Source: Eledone cirrhosa | Lineage: Eukaryota | Assembly (NCBI GenBank): GCA_964016885.1 | Contig: OZ024742.1 | Coordinates: forward strand, 31,000,001 to 31,064,000 | Direction: 5' to 3' | Length of the DNA stretch: 64,000 nucleotides | Shown here: positions 47,701 to 62,700 of the stretch, piece after piece | Layout: every line of letters begins with the position of its first letter | Position numbering within the stretch: the first letter of the stretch is position 1 | Translations under genes and position numbers: made by a program | The notes under the pieces: model-generated | What the model was told of the DNA's origin: nothing | Database searches by the model: none | What the model saw: the letters and a program-made list of their open reading frames with translations, nothing else

Positions 47701-50700
47701 CACACTGTATCACACAACAGTGACCACATGACACAGCAAGCTACAAGACATGTAACCTCTGGTCACACTGTATCACACAACAGTGACCACATGACACAGC
47801 AAGCTACAAGACATGTACACTCTGGTCACACTGTATCTCACAACAGTGACCACATGACACAGCAAGCTACAAGACATACAAACTCTGGTCACACTGTATC
47901 ACACAACAGTGACCACATGACACAGCAAGTTACAAGTCATACAACCTCTGGTCACACTGTATCTCACAACAGTGACCACATGACACAGCAAGCTACAAGA
48001 CATGTAACCTCTGGTCACACTGTATCACACAACAGTGACCACATGGCACAGCAAGCTACAAGACATGTAACCTCTGGTCACACTGTATCACACAATAGTG
48101 ACCACATGACACAGCAAGCTACAAGACATGCAACCTCTTGTCACATTGTATCACACAACAGTGACCACATGACACAGCAAGCTACAAGACATACAAACTC
48201 TGGTCACACTGTATCACACAACAGTGACCACATGACACAGCAAGTTACAAGTCATACAACCTCTGGTCACACTGTATCTCACAACAGTGACCACATGACA
48301 CAGCAAGCTACAAGACATACAACCTCTGGTCACAGTGTATCACACAGTAGTGACCACACGACTCAGCAAGCTACAAGACATGTAACCTCTGGTCACACTG
48401 TATCTCACAATAGTGACCACATGACACAGCAAGCTACAAGACATGTAACCTCTGGTCACACTGTATATCACAAAAGTGATCACATGACACAGCAAGCTAC
48501 AAGACATACAACCTCTGGTCACACTGTATCACAGAGTAGTGACCACACGACTCAGCAAGCTACAAGACATGTAACCTCTGGTCACACTGTATCTCACAAC
48601 AATGACCACATGACACAGCAAGCTACAAGACATGTAACCTCTGGTCACATTGTATCACACAACAGTGACCACATGACACAGCAAGCTACAAGACATGTAC
48701 CCTCTGGTCACACTGTATCTGACAACAGTGACCACATGACACAGCAAGCTACAAGACATGTAACCTCTGGTCACATTGTATCACACAACAGTGACCACAT
48801 GACACAGCAAGCTACAAGACATGTACCCTCTGGTCACACTGTATCTCACAAAAGAGACCACATGACACAGCAAGTTACAAAACATGTAACCTCTGGTCAC
48901 ACTGTATCACACAACAGTGACCGCATGACACAGAAAGCTACAAAATATACAACCTCTGGTCACACTGTATCACACAACAGTGACCACATGACACAGCAAA
49001 GTACAAGACATGTAAACTCTGGTCACACTGTATCACACAACAGTGACCACATGGCACAACAAGCTACAAGACATGTAACCTCTGGTCACACTGTATCACA
49101 CAATAGTGACCACATGACACAGCAAGCTACAAGACATGCAACCTCTGGTCACATTGTATCACACAACAGTGACCACATGACACAGCAAGTTACAAGTCAT
49201 ACAATCTCTGGTCACACTGTATCTCACAACAGTGACCACATGACACAGCAAGCTACAAGACATACGACCTCTGGTCACACTGTATCACACAGTAGTGACC
49301 ACACGACTCAGCAAGCTACAAGACATGTAACCTCTGGTCAAACTGTATCTCACAACAGTGACCACATGACACAGCAAGCTACAAGACATGTAACCTCTGG
49401 TCACACTGTATCACACAATAGTGACCACATGACACAGCAAGCTACAAGACATGCAACCTCTGGTCACATTGTATCACACAACAGTGACCACATGATACAG
49501 CAAGCTACAAGACATACAAACTCTGGTCACACTGTATCACACAACAGTGACCACATGACACAGCAAGTTACAAGTCATACAACCTCTGGTCACACTGTAT
49601 CTCACAACAGTGACCACATGACACAGCAAGCTACAAGACATACAACCTCTGGTCACACTGTATCAAACAGTAGTGACCACACGACTCAGCTAGCTACAAG
49701 ACATGTAACCACTGGTCACACTGTATCTCACAACAGTGACCACATGACACAGCAAGCTACAAGACATGTAACCTCTGGTCACACTGTATATCACAAAACT
49801 GACCACATGACACAGCAAGCTACAAGACATACAACCTCTGGTCACACTGTATCACAGAGTAGTGACCACACGACTCAGCAAGCTACAAGACATGTAACCT
49901 CTGGTCACACTGTATCTCACAACAATGACCACATGACACAGCAAGCTACAAGACATGTAACCTCTGGTCACATTGTATCACACAACAGTGACCACATGAC
50001 ACAGCAAGCTACAAGACATGTAACCTCTGGTCACACTGTATCTCACAAAAGTGACCACATGACACAGCAAGCTACAAGACATACAACCGCTGGTCACACT
50101 GTATCACAGAGTAGTGACCACACGACTCAGCAAGCTACAAGACATGTAACCTCTGGTCACACTGTATCTCACAACAATGACCACATGACACAGCAAGCTA
50201 CAAGACATGTAACCTCTGGTCACACTGTATCACACAACAGTGACCACATGACACAGCAAGCTACAAGACATGTAACCTCTGGTCACACTGTATCACACAA
50301 CAGTGACCACATGACACAGCAAGCTACAAGACATGCACCCTCTGGTCACACTGTATCTCACAACAGTGACCACATGACACAGCAAGTTACAAGACATGTA
50401 ACCTCTGGTCACACTGTATCACACAACAGTGACCGCATGACACAGAAAGCTACAAAATATACAACCTCTGGTCACACTGTATCACACAACAGTGACCACA
50501 TGACACAGCAAGCTACAAGACATGTAACCTCTGGTCACATTGTATCACACAGTAGTGACCACACGACACAGCATCTACAAGAAATGTCACCTCTGGTCAC
50601 ACTGTATCACACAACAGTGACCACATGACACAGCAAGCTACAAGACATGTAACCTCTGGTCACACTGTATCACACAATAGTGACCACATGACACAGCAAG

Positions 50701-53700
50701 CTACAAGACATGCAACCTCTGGTCACACTGTATTTCACAACAGTGACCACATGACACAGCAAGCTACAAGACATACAACCTCTGGTCACACTGTATCACA
50801 GAGTAGTGACCACACGACTCAGCAAGCTACAAGACATGTAACCTCTGGTCACACTGTATCTCACAACAGTGACCACATGACACAGCAAGCTACAAGACAT
50901 GTAACCTCTGGTCACACTGTATATCACAAAAGTGACCACATGACACATCAAGCTACAAGACATACAACCTCTGGTCACACTGTATCACACAGTAGTGACC
51001 ACACGACACAGCATCTACAAGAATTGTCACCTCTGGTCACACTGTATATCACAACAGTGACCACATGACACAGCAAGCTACAAGATATGTAACCTCTGGT
51101 CACACTGTATCTCACAACAGTGACCACATGACACAGCAAGTTACAAGACATCTAACCTCTGGTCACACTGTATCACACAACAGTGACCGCATGACACAGA
51201 AAGCTACAAAATACACAACATCTGGTCACACTGTATCACACAACAGTGACCACATGACACAGCAAGCTGGAAGACATGTAACCTCTGGTCACACTGTATA
51301 ACACAACAGTGACCACATGACACAGCAAGCTAGAAGACATATAACCTCTGGTCACACTGCATCACACAGTAGTGACCACATGACACAGCAAGCTACAAGA
51401 CATGTAACCTCTGGTCACACTGTATCAGAAAACAGTGACCACATCACACAGCAAGCTACAAGACATGTAACCTCTGGTCACACTGTATCACAAAACAGTG
51501 ACCACATGTCAGAAAGCTACAAGACATACAACCGCTGGTCACACTGTATAACACAGTAGTGACCACACGATACAGCAAGCTACAAGAAATGTCACATCTG
51601 GTCACACTGTATCACACAACAGTGACCACATGACACAGCAAGCTACAAGACATATAACCTCTGGTAACACTGTATCACACAACAGTGACCACATGACACA
51701 GCAAGCTACAAGACTTACTACCTCTGGTCACACTGTATCACACAACAGTGACCATATGACACAGCAAGCTACAAGACATACAACCTCTGGTCACACTGTA
51801 TCACACAACAGTGACCACGTGACACAGCAAGCTACAAGACATTAAACTCTGGTCACCCTGTATCTCACAACAGTGACCACATGACACAGCAAGCTACAAG
51901 ACATGTAACCTCTGGTCACACTGTATCAGAAAACAGTGACCACATCACACAGCAAGCTACAAGACATGTAACCTCTGGTCACACTGTATCACACAACAGT
52001 GACCACATGACACAGCAAGCTACAAGACATACAACCTCTGGTCACACTGTATCACACAGTAGTGACCAAACGACACAGCAAGCTATAAGACATACAACCT
52101 CTGGTCACACTGTATCACACAGTAGTGACCACACGACACAGCAAGCTACAAGAAATGTCACATCTGGTCACACTGTATCACACAACAGTGACCACATGAC
52201 ACAGCAAGCTACAAGACATATAACCTCTGGTAACACTGTATCACACAACAGTGACCACATGACACAGCAAGCTACAAGACTTACAACCTCTGGTCACACT
52301 GTATCACACAACAGTGACCATATGACACAGCAAGCTACAAGACATACAACCTCTGGTCACACTGTATCACACAACAGTGACCACATGACACAGCAAGCTA
52401 CAAGACATGCAACCTCTGGTCACACTGTATCACACAACAGTGACCACATGACACAGCAAGCTACAAGACATTAAACTCTGGTCACCCTGTATCTCACAAC
52501 AGTGTCCACATGACACAGCAAGCTACAAGACATGTAACCTCTGGTCACACTGTATCTCACAACAGTGACCACATGACACAGCAAGCTACAAGACATGTAA
52601 CCTCTGGTCACACTGTATCAGACAACAGTGACCACATGACACAGCAAGCTACATGACGTGTAACCTCTGGTCACACTGTATCACACAACAGTGACCACAT
52701 GACACAGCAAGCTACAAGACATGTAACCTCTGGTCACACTGTATCTCACAACAGTGACCACATGACACAGCAAGCTACAAGACATACAACCTCTGGTCAC
52801 ACTGTATCACACAACAGTGACCACATGACACAGCAAGCTACAAGACATGTAATCTCTGGTCACACTGTATCACACAACAGTGACCACATGACACATCAAG
52901 CTACAATACATGTAACCTCTGGTCACACTGTATTACACAACAGTGACCGCATGACACAGAAAGCTACAAAATATACAACCTCTGGTCACACTGTATCACA
53001 CAACAGTGACCACATGACACAGCAAGCTAGAAGACATATAACCTCTGGTCACACTGTATCAAACAGTAGTGACCACATGACACAGCAAGCTACAAGACAT
53101 ACAACCTCTGGTCACACTGTATCACACAACAGTGACCACATGACACAGCAAGCTACAAGACATGTAGTCTCTGGTCACACTGTATCTCACGACAGTGACC
53201 ACATGACACAGCAAGCTACAAGACATGTAACCTCTGGTCACACTATATCAGACAACAGTGACCACATGACACAGCAAGCTACAAGACATGTAACCTCTTG
53301 TCACACTGTATCACACAACAGTGACCACATGACACAGCAAGCTACAAGACATAAAACCTCTGGTCACACTGTATCACACAGTAGTGACCAGACGACACAG
53401 CATCTACAAGAAATGTCACCTCAGGTCACACTGTATCATACAAGAGTGACCACATGACACAGCAAGCTACAAGACATGTAACCTCTGGTCACACTGTATC
53501 TCACAACAGTGACCACATGACACAGCAAGCTACAAGACATGTAACCTCTGGTCACACTGTATCTCACAACAGTGACCACATGACACAGCAAGCTACAAGA
53601 CATGTAACCTCTGGTCACACTGTATATCACAACAGTGACCACATGACACAGCAAGCTATAAGACATACAACCTCTGTTCACACTGTATTAAACAATAGTG

Positions 53701-56700
53701 ACCACATGACACAGCAAGCTACAAGACATACAACCTCTGGTCACACTGTATAACACAACAGTGACCACATGACACAGCAAGCTACAAGACATGTAATCTC
53801 TGGTCACACTGTATCACACAACAGTGACCACATGACACATCAAGCTACAATACATGTAACCTCTGGTCACACTGTATTACACAACAGTGACCGCATGACA
53901 CAGAAAGCTACAAAATATACAACCTCTGGTCACACTGTATCACACAACAGTGACCACATGACACAGCAAGCCAGAAGACATATAACCTCTGGTCACACTG
54001 TATCAAACAGTAGTGACCACATGACACAGCAAGCTACAAGACATACAACCTCTGGTCACACTGTATCACACAACAGTGACCACATGACACAGCAAGCTAC
54101 AAGACATGTAACCTCTGGTCACACTATATCAGACAACAGTGACCACATGACACAGCAAGCTACAAGACATGTAACCTCTTGTCACACTGTATCACACAAC
54201 AGTGACCACATGACACAGCAAGCTACAAGACATAAAACCTCTGGTCACACTGTATCACACAGTAGTGACCAGACGACACAGCATCTACAAGAAATGTCAC
54301 CTCAGGTCACACTGTATCATACAAGAGTGACCACATGACACAGCAAGCTACAAGACATATAACCTCTGGTAACACTGTATCACACAACAGTGACCACACG
54401 ACTCAGCAAGCTACAAGACATGTAACCTCTGGTAACACTGTATCACAAAACAGTGACCACATGACACAGCAAGCTACAAGACATGTAACCTCTGGTCACA
54501 CTGTATCAGACAACAGTGACCACATGACACAGCAAGCTACAAGACATACAACCTCTGGTCACACTGTATCACACAGTAGTGACCACATGACACAGCAAGC
54601 TACAAGACATGTAACCTCTGGTCACACTGTATCACACAACAGTGACCACATGAGACAGCAAGCTACAAAATGTAACCTCTGGTCACACTGTATCTCACAA
54701 CAGTGACCACATGACACAGCAAGTTACAAGACATGTAACCTCTGGTCACACTGTATCACACAACAGTGACCGCATGACACAGAAGGCTACAAAATACACA
54801 ACATCTGGTCACACTGTATCACACAACACTGACCACATGACACAGCAAGCTAGAAGACATATAACCTCTAGTCACACTGTATCACACAACAGTGACCACA
54901 TGACACAGCAAGCTAGAAGACATATAACCTCTGGTCACACTGTATCACACAGTAGTGACCACATGACACAGCAAGCTACAAGACATGTAACCTCTGGTCA
55001 CACTGTATCAGAAAACAGTGACCACATCACACAGCAAGCTACAAGACATGTAACCTCTGGTCACACTGTATCACACAACAGTGACCACATAACAGAGAAA
55101 GCTACAAGACATACAACCTCTGGTCACAATGTATCACACAGTAGTGACCACACGACACAGCAAGCTACAAGAAATGTCACCTCTGGTCACACTGTATCAC
55201 ACAACAGTGAACACATGACACAGCAAGCTACAAGACATATAACCTCTGGTAACACTGTATCACACAACAGTGACCACATGACACAGCAAGCTACAAGACT
55301 TACAACCTCTGGTCACACTGTATCACACAACAGTGACCACATGTCACAGCAAGCTACAAGACATACAACCTCTGGTCACACTGTATCACACAACAGTGAC
55401 CACATGACACAGCAAGCTACAAGACATTTAACATCTGGTCACACTGTATCACACAACAGTGACCACCTGACACAGCAAGCTACAAGACATATAATCTCTG
55501 GTCTCACTGTATCTCACAACAGTGACCACATGACACAGCAAGCTACAAGACATATAACCTCTGGTAACACTGTATCACACAACAGTGACCACATGACACA
55601 GCAAGCTACAAGACTTACAACCTCTGGTCACACTGTATCACACAACAGTGACCACATGTCACAGCAAGCTACAAGACATACAACCTCTGGTCACACTGTA
55701 TCACACAACAGTGACCACATGACACAGCAAGCTACAAGACATTAAACTCTGGTCACCCTGTATCTCACAACAGTGACCACATGACACAGCAAGCTAGAAG
55801 AAATGTAACCTCTGGTCACACTGTATCACACAACAGTGACCACATGACACAGCAAGCTACAAGACATACAACCTCTGGTTACACTGTATCACACAACAGT
55901 GACCACATGACACAGCAAGCTACAAGACATACAACCTCTGGTCACACTGTATCACACAACAGTGACCACATGCACAGCAAGCTACAAGAAATACAACCTC
56001 TGGTCACACTGTATCATACAGTAGTGACCACACCACACAGCAAGCTACAAGAGATATAAACTCTGGCAACACTGTATCACACAACAGTGACCACATGACA
56101 CAGCAAGCTACAAGACATACAACCTCTGTTCACACTGTATCACACAACAGTGACCACATGACACAGCAAGCTACAAGACATGTAACCTTTGGTCACACTG
56201 TATCACACAACAGTGACCACATAACACAGCAAGCTACAAGACATGTAACCCCTGGTCACACTGTATCACACAACAGTGACAACATGACACAGCAAGCTAC
56301 AAGACATACAACCTCTGGTCACACTGTATATATAGTAGTGACCACACGACTCAGCAAGCTACAACACATGTAACCTCTGGTCACACTGTATATTACAACA
56401 GTGACCACATGACACAGCAAGCTACAAGACATGTAACCTCTGGTCACACTGTATCACACAACAGTGACCACATGACACAGCAAGCTACAAGTCATGTAAC
56501 CTCTGGTCACACTGTATCACACAACAGTGACCACATGACACAGCAAGCTAGAAAACATATAATCTCTGGTCACACTGTATATCACAACAGTGACCACACG
56601 ACCCAGCAAGCTATAAGACATACAACCTCTGGTCACACTGTATCACACAATAGTGACCACATGACACAGCAAGCTACAAGACATGCAACCTCTGGTCACA

Positions 56701-59700
56701 TTGTATCACACAACAGTGACCACATGACACAGCAAGTTACAAGTCATACAACCTCTGGTCACACTCTATCTCACAACAGTGACCACATGACACAGCAAGC
56801 TACAAGACATACAACCTCTGGTCACACTGTATCACACAGTAGTGACCACACGACACAGCAAGCTACAAGACATGTAACCTCTGGTCACACTGTATCTCAC
56901 AACAGTGACCACATGACACAGCAAGCTACAAGACATGTAACCTCTGGTCACACTGTATCACACAGTAGTGACCACACGACACAGCAAGCTACAAGACATG
57001 TAACCTCTGGTCACACTGTATCTCACAACAGTGACCGCATGACACAGAAAGCTACAAAATACACAACATCTGGTCACACTGTATCACACAACAGTGACCA
57101 CATGACACAGCAAGCTAGAAGACATGTAACCTCTGGTCACACTGTATCACACAACAGTGACCACATGACACAGCAAGCTAGAAGACATATAACCTCTGGT
57201 CACACTGTATCACACAGTAGTGACCACATGACACAGCAAGCTACAAGACATGTAACCTCTGGTCACACTGTATCAGAAAACAGTGACCACATCACACAGC
57301 AAGCTACAAGACATGTAACCTCTGGTCACACTGTATAACACAACAGTGACCACATGACAGATAAAGCTACAAGACATACAACCTCTGGTCACACTGTATC
57401 ACACAGTAGTGACCACACGACACAGCAAGCTACAAGAAATGTCACATCTGGTCACACTGTATCACACAACAGTGACCACATGACACAGCAAGCTAGAAGA
57501 CATATAACCTCTGGTCACACTGTATCACACAGTAGTGACCACATGACACAGCAAGCTACAAGACATGTAACCTCTGGTCACACTGTATCAGAAAACAGTG
57601 ACCACATCACACAGCAAGCTACAAGACATGTAACCTCTGGTCACACTGTATCACACAACAGTGACCACATGACAGAGAAAGCTACAAGACATACAACCTC
57701 TGGTCACAATGTATCACACAGTAGTGACCACACGACACAGCAAGCTACAAGAAATGTCACCTCTGGTCACACTGTATCACACAACAGTGACCACATGACA
57801 CAGCAAGCTACAAGACATATAACCTCTGGTCACACTGTATCACACAACAGTGACCACATGTCACAGCAAGCTACAAGACATACAACCTCTGGTCACACTG
57901 TATCACACAACAGTGACCACATGACACAGCAAGCTACAAGACATTAAACTCTGGTCACCCTGTATCTCACAACAGTGACCACATGACACAGCAAGCTAGA
58001 AGAAATGTAACCTCTGGTCACACTGTATCACACAACAGTGACCACATGACACAGCAAGCTACAAGACATACAACCTCTGGTTACACTGTATCACACAACA
58101 GTGACCACATGACACAGCAAGCTACAAGACATGTAACCTCTGGTCACATTGTATCTCACAACACTGACCACATGACACAGCAAGTTACAAGACATGTAAC
58201 CTCTGGTCACACTGTATCACACAACAGTGACCGCATGACACAGAAAGCTACAAAATACACAACATCTGGTCACACTGTATCACACAACAGTGACCACATG
58301 ACACAGCAAGCTAGAAGACATATAACCTCTCGTCACACTGTATCAGAAAACAGTGACCACATCACACAGCAAGCTACAGACATGTAACCTCTGGTCACAT
58401 TGTATCACACAACAGTGACCACATGAGACAGCAAGCTACAAGACATACAACCTCTGGTCACACTGTATCACACAGTAGTGACCACACGACACAGCAAGCT
58501 ACAAGAAATGTCACATCTGGTCACACTGTATCACACAACAGTGACCACATGACACAGCAAGCTACAAGACATATAACCTCTGGTAACACCGTATCACACA
58601 ACAGTGAACACATGACACAGCAAGCTACAAGACTTACAACCTCTGGTCACACTCTATCACACAACAGTGACCATATGACACAGCAAGCTACAACACATAC
58701 AACCTCTGGTCACACTGTATTTCACAACAGTGACCACATGACACAGCAAGCTACAAGACATGTAACCTCTGATCACACTGTATCAGACAACAGTGACCAC
58801 ATGACACAGCAAGCTACATGACATGTAACCTCTGGTCACACTGTATCACACAACAGTGACCACATGACACAGAAAGCTACAAAATATACAACCTCTGGTC
58901 ACAATGTATCACACAACAGTGACCACATGACACAGTAAGCTAGAAGACATATAACCTCTGGTCTCACTGTATCACACAGTAGTGACCATATGACACAGCA
59001 AGCTACAAGACATGTAACCTCTGGTCACACTGTATCTCACAACAGTGACCACATGACACAGCAAGCTACAAGACATGTAACCTCTGGTCACACTGTATCA
59101 CACAACAGTGACCACATGAGACAGCAAGCTACAAGACATACAACCTCTGGTCACAATGTATCACACAGTAGTGACCACACGACACAGCAAGCTACAAGAA
59201 ATGTCACCTCTGGTCACACTGTATCACACAACAGTGAACACATGACACAGCAAGCTACAAGACATATAACCTCTGGTAACACTGTATCACACAACAGTGA
59301 CCACATGACACAGCAAGCTACAAGACTTACAACCTCTGGTCACACTGTATCACACAACAGTGACCACATGTCACAGCAAGCTACAAGACATACAACCTCT
59401 GGTCACACTGTATCACACAACAGTGACCACATGACACAGCAAGCTACAAGACATTCAACATCTGGTCACACTGTATCACACAACAGTGACCACCTGACAC
59501 AGCAAGCTACAAGACATATAATCTCTGGTCTCACTGTATCTCACAACAGTGACCACATGACACAGCAAGCTACATGACATGTAACCTCTGGTCACACTGT
59601 ATCACACAACAGTGACCACATGACACAGCAAGCTACAAGACATACAACCTCTGATCACACTGTATCACACAGTAGTGACCAAACGACACAGCAAGCTATA

Positions 59701-62700
59701 AGAAATGTAACCTCTGGTCACACTGTATCACACAACAGTGACCACATGACACAGCAAGCTACAAGACATACAACCTCTGGTCACACTGTATCACACAACA
59801 GTGACCACATGCACAGCAAGCTACAAGAAATACAACCTCTGGTCACACTGTATCATACAGTAGTGACCACACCACACAGCAAGCTACAAGAGATATAACC
59901 TCTGGCAACACTGTATCACACAACAGTGACCACATGACACAGCAAGCTACAAGACATACAACCTCTGGTCACACTGTATATATAGTAGTGACCACACGAC
60001 TCAGCAAGCTACAACACATGTAACCTCTGGTCACACTGTATATTACAACAGTGACCACATGACACAGCAAGCTACAAGACATGTAACCTCTGGTCACACT
60101 GTATCACACAACAGTGACCACATGACACAGCAAGCTACAAGTCATGTAACCTCTGGTCACACTGTATCACACAACAGTGACCACATGACACAGCAAGCTA
60201 GAAGACATATAATCTCTGGTCACACTGTATATCACAACAGTGACCACACGACCCAGCAAGCTATAAGACATACAACCTCTGGTCACACTGTATCACACAA
60301 TAGTGACCACATGACACAGCAAGCTACAAGACATGCAAGCTCTGGTCACATTGTATCACACAACAGTGACCACATGACACAGCAAGTTACAAGTCATACA
60401 ACCTCTGGTCACACTCTATCTCACAACAGTGACCACATGACACAGCAAGCTACAAGACATACAACCTCTGGTCACACTGTATCACACAGTAGTGACCACA
60501 CGACTCAGCAAGCTACAAGACATGTAACCTCTGGTCACACTGTATCTCACAACAGTGGCCACATGACACAGCAAGCTACAAGACATGTAACCTCTGGTCA
60601 CACTGTATCACACAGTAGTGACCACATGACACAGCAAGCTACAAGACATACAACCTCTGGTCACACTGTATCACACAGCAGTGACCACACGACACAGCAT
60701 CTACAAGAAATGTCACCTCTGGTCACACTGTATATCACAACAGTGACCACATGACACAGCAAGCTACAAGACATACAACCTCTGGTTACACTGTATCACA
60801 CAACAGTGACCACATGACACAGCAAGCTACAAGACATGTAACCTCTGGTCACACTGTATCTCACAACAGTGACCGCATGACACAGAAAGCTACAAAATAG
60901 ACAACATCTGGTCACACTGTATCACACAACAGTGACCACATGACACAGCAAGCTAGAAGACATGTAACCTCTGGTCACACTGTATCACACAACAGTGACC
61001 ACATGACACAGCAAGCTAGAAGACATATAACCTCTGGTCACACTGTATCACACAGTAGTGACCACATGACACAGCAAGCTACAAGACATGTAACCTCTGG
61101 TCACACTGTATCAGAAAACAGTGACCACATCACACAGCAAGCTACAAGACATGTAACCTCTGGTCACACTGTATCACACAACAGCGACCACATGACAGAT
61201 AAAGCTACAAGACATACAACCTCTGGTCACACTGTATCACACAGTAGTAACCACACGACACAGCAAGCTACAAGAAATGTCACATCTGGTCACACTGTAT
61301 CACACAACAGTGACCATATGACACAGCAAGCTAGAAGACATATAACCTCTGGTCACACTGTATCACACAGTAGTGACCACATGACACAGCAAGCTACAAG
61401 ACATGTAACCTCTGGTCACACTGTATCAGAAAACAGTGACCACATCACACAGCAAGCTACAAGACATGTAACCTCTGGTCACACTGTATCACACAACAGT
61501 GACCACATGACAGATAAAGCTACAAGACATACAACCTCTGGTCACACTGTATCACACAGTAGTGACCACACGACACAGCAAGCTACAAGAAATGTCACAT
61601 CTGGTCACACTGTATCACACAACAGTGACCACATGACACAGCAAGCTAGAAGACATATAACCTCTGGTCACACTGTATCACACAGTAGTGACCACATGAC
61701 ACAGCAAGCTACAAGACATGTAACCTCTGGTCACACTGTATCAGAAAACAGTGACCACATCACACAGCAAGCTACAAGACATGTAACCTCTGGTCACACT
61801 GTATCACACAACAGTGACCACATGACAGAGAAAGCTACAAGACATACAACCTCTGGTCACAATGTATCACACAGTAGTGACCACACGACACAGCAAGCTA
61901 CAAGAAATGTCACCTCTGGTCACACTGTATCACACAACAGTGACCACATTACACAGCAAGCTACAAGACATATAACCTCTGGTAACACTGTATCACACAA
62001 CAGTGACCACATGACACAGCAAGCTACAAGACTTACAACCTCTGGTCACACTGTATCACACAACAGTGACCACATGTCACAGCAAGCTACAAGACATACA
62101 ACCTCTGGTCACACTGTATCACACAACAGTGACCACATGACACAGCAAGCTACAAGACATTAAACTCTGGTCACCCTGTATCTCACAACAGTGACCACAT
62201 GACACAGCAAGCTAGAAGAAATGTAACCTCTGGTCACACTGTATCACACAACAGTGACCACATGACACAGCAAGCTACAAGACATACAACCTCTGGTTAC
62301 ACTGTATCACACAACAGTGACCACATGACACAGCAAGCTACAAGACATGTAACCTCTGGTCACACTGTATCACACAACAGTGACCGCATGACACAGAAAG
62401 CTACAAAATACACAACATCTGGTCACACTGTATCACACAACAGTGACCACATGACACAGCAAGCTAGAAGACATATAACCTCTCGTCACACTGTATCAGA
62501 AAACAGTGACCACACGACACAGCAAGCTACAAGAAATGTCACCTCTGGTCACACTGTATCACACAACAGTGACCACATGAGACAGCAAGCTACAAGACAT
62601 ACAACCTCTGGTCACACTGTATCACACAAGAGTGACCACATGACACAGCAAGCTACAAGACATGTAACCTCTGGTCACACTGTATCAGAAAACAGTGACC

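Noticed and set aside
42987-53681. Minus-strand Cys-rich repeat protein via UGA/UAG recoding or A-to-I editing
   Set aside because: Most units have a stop in each minus frame and there is no evidence for recoding signals.
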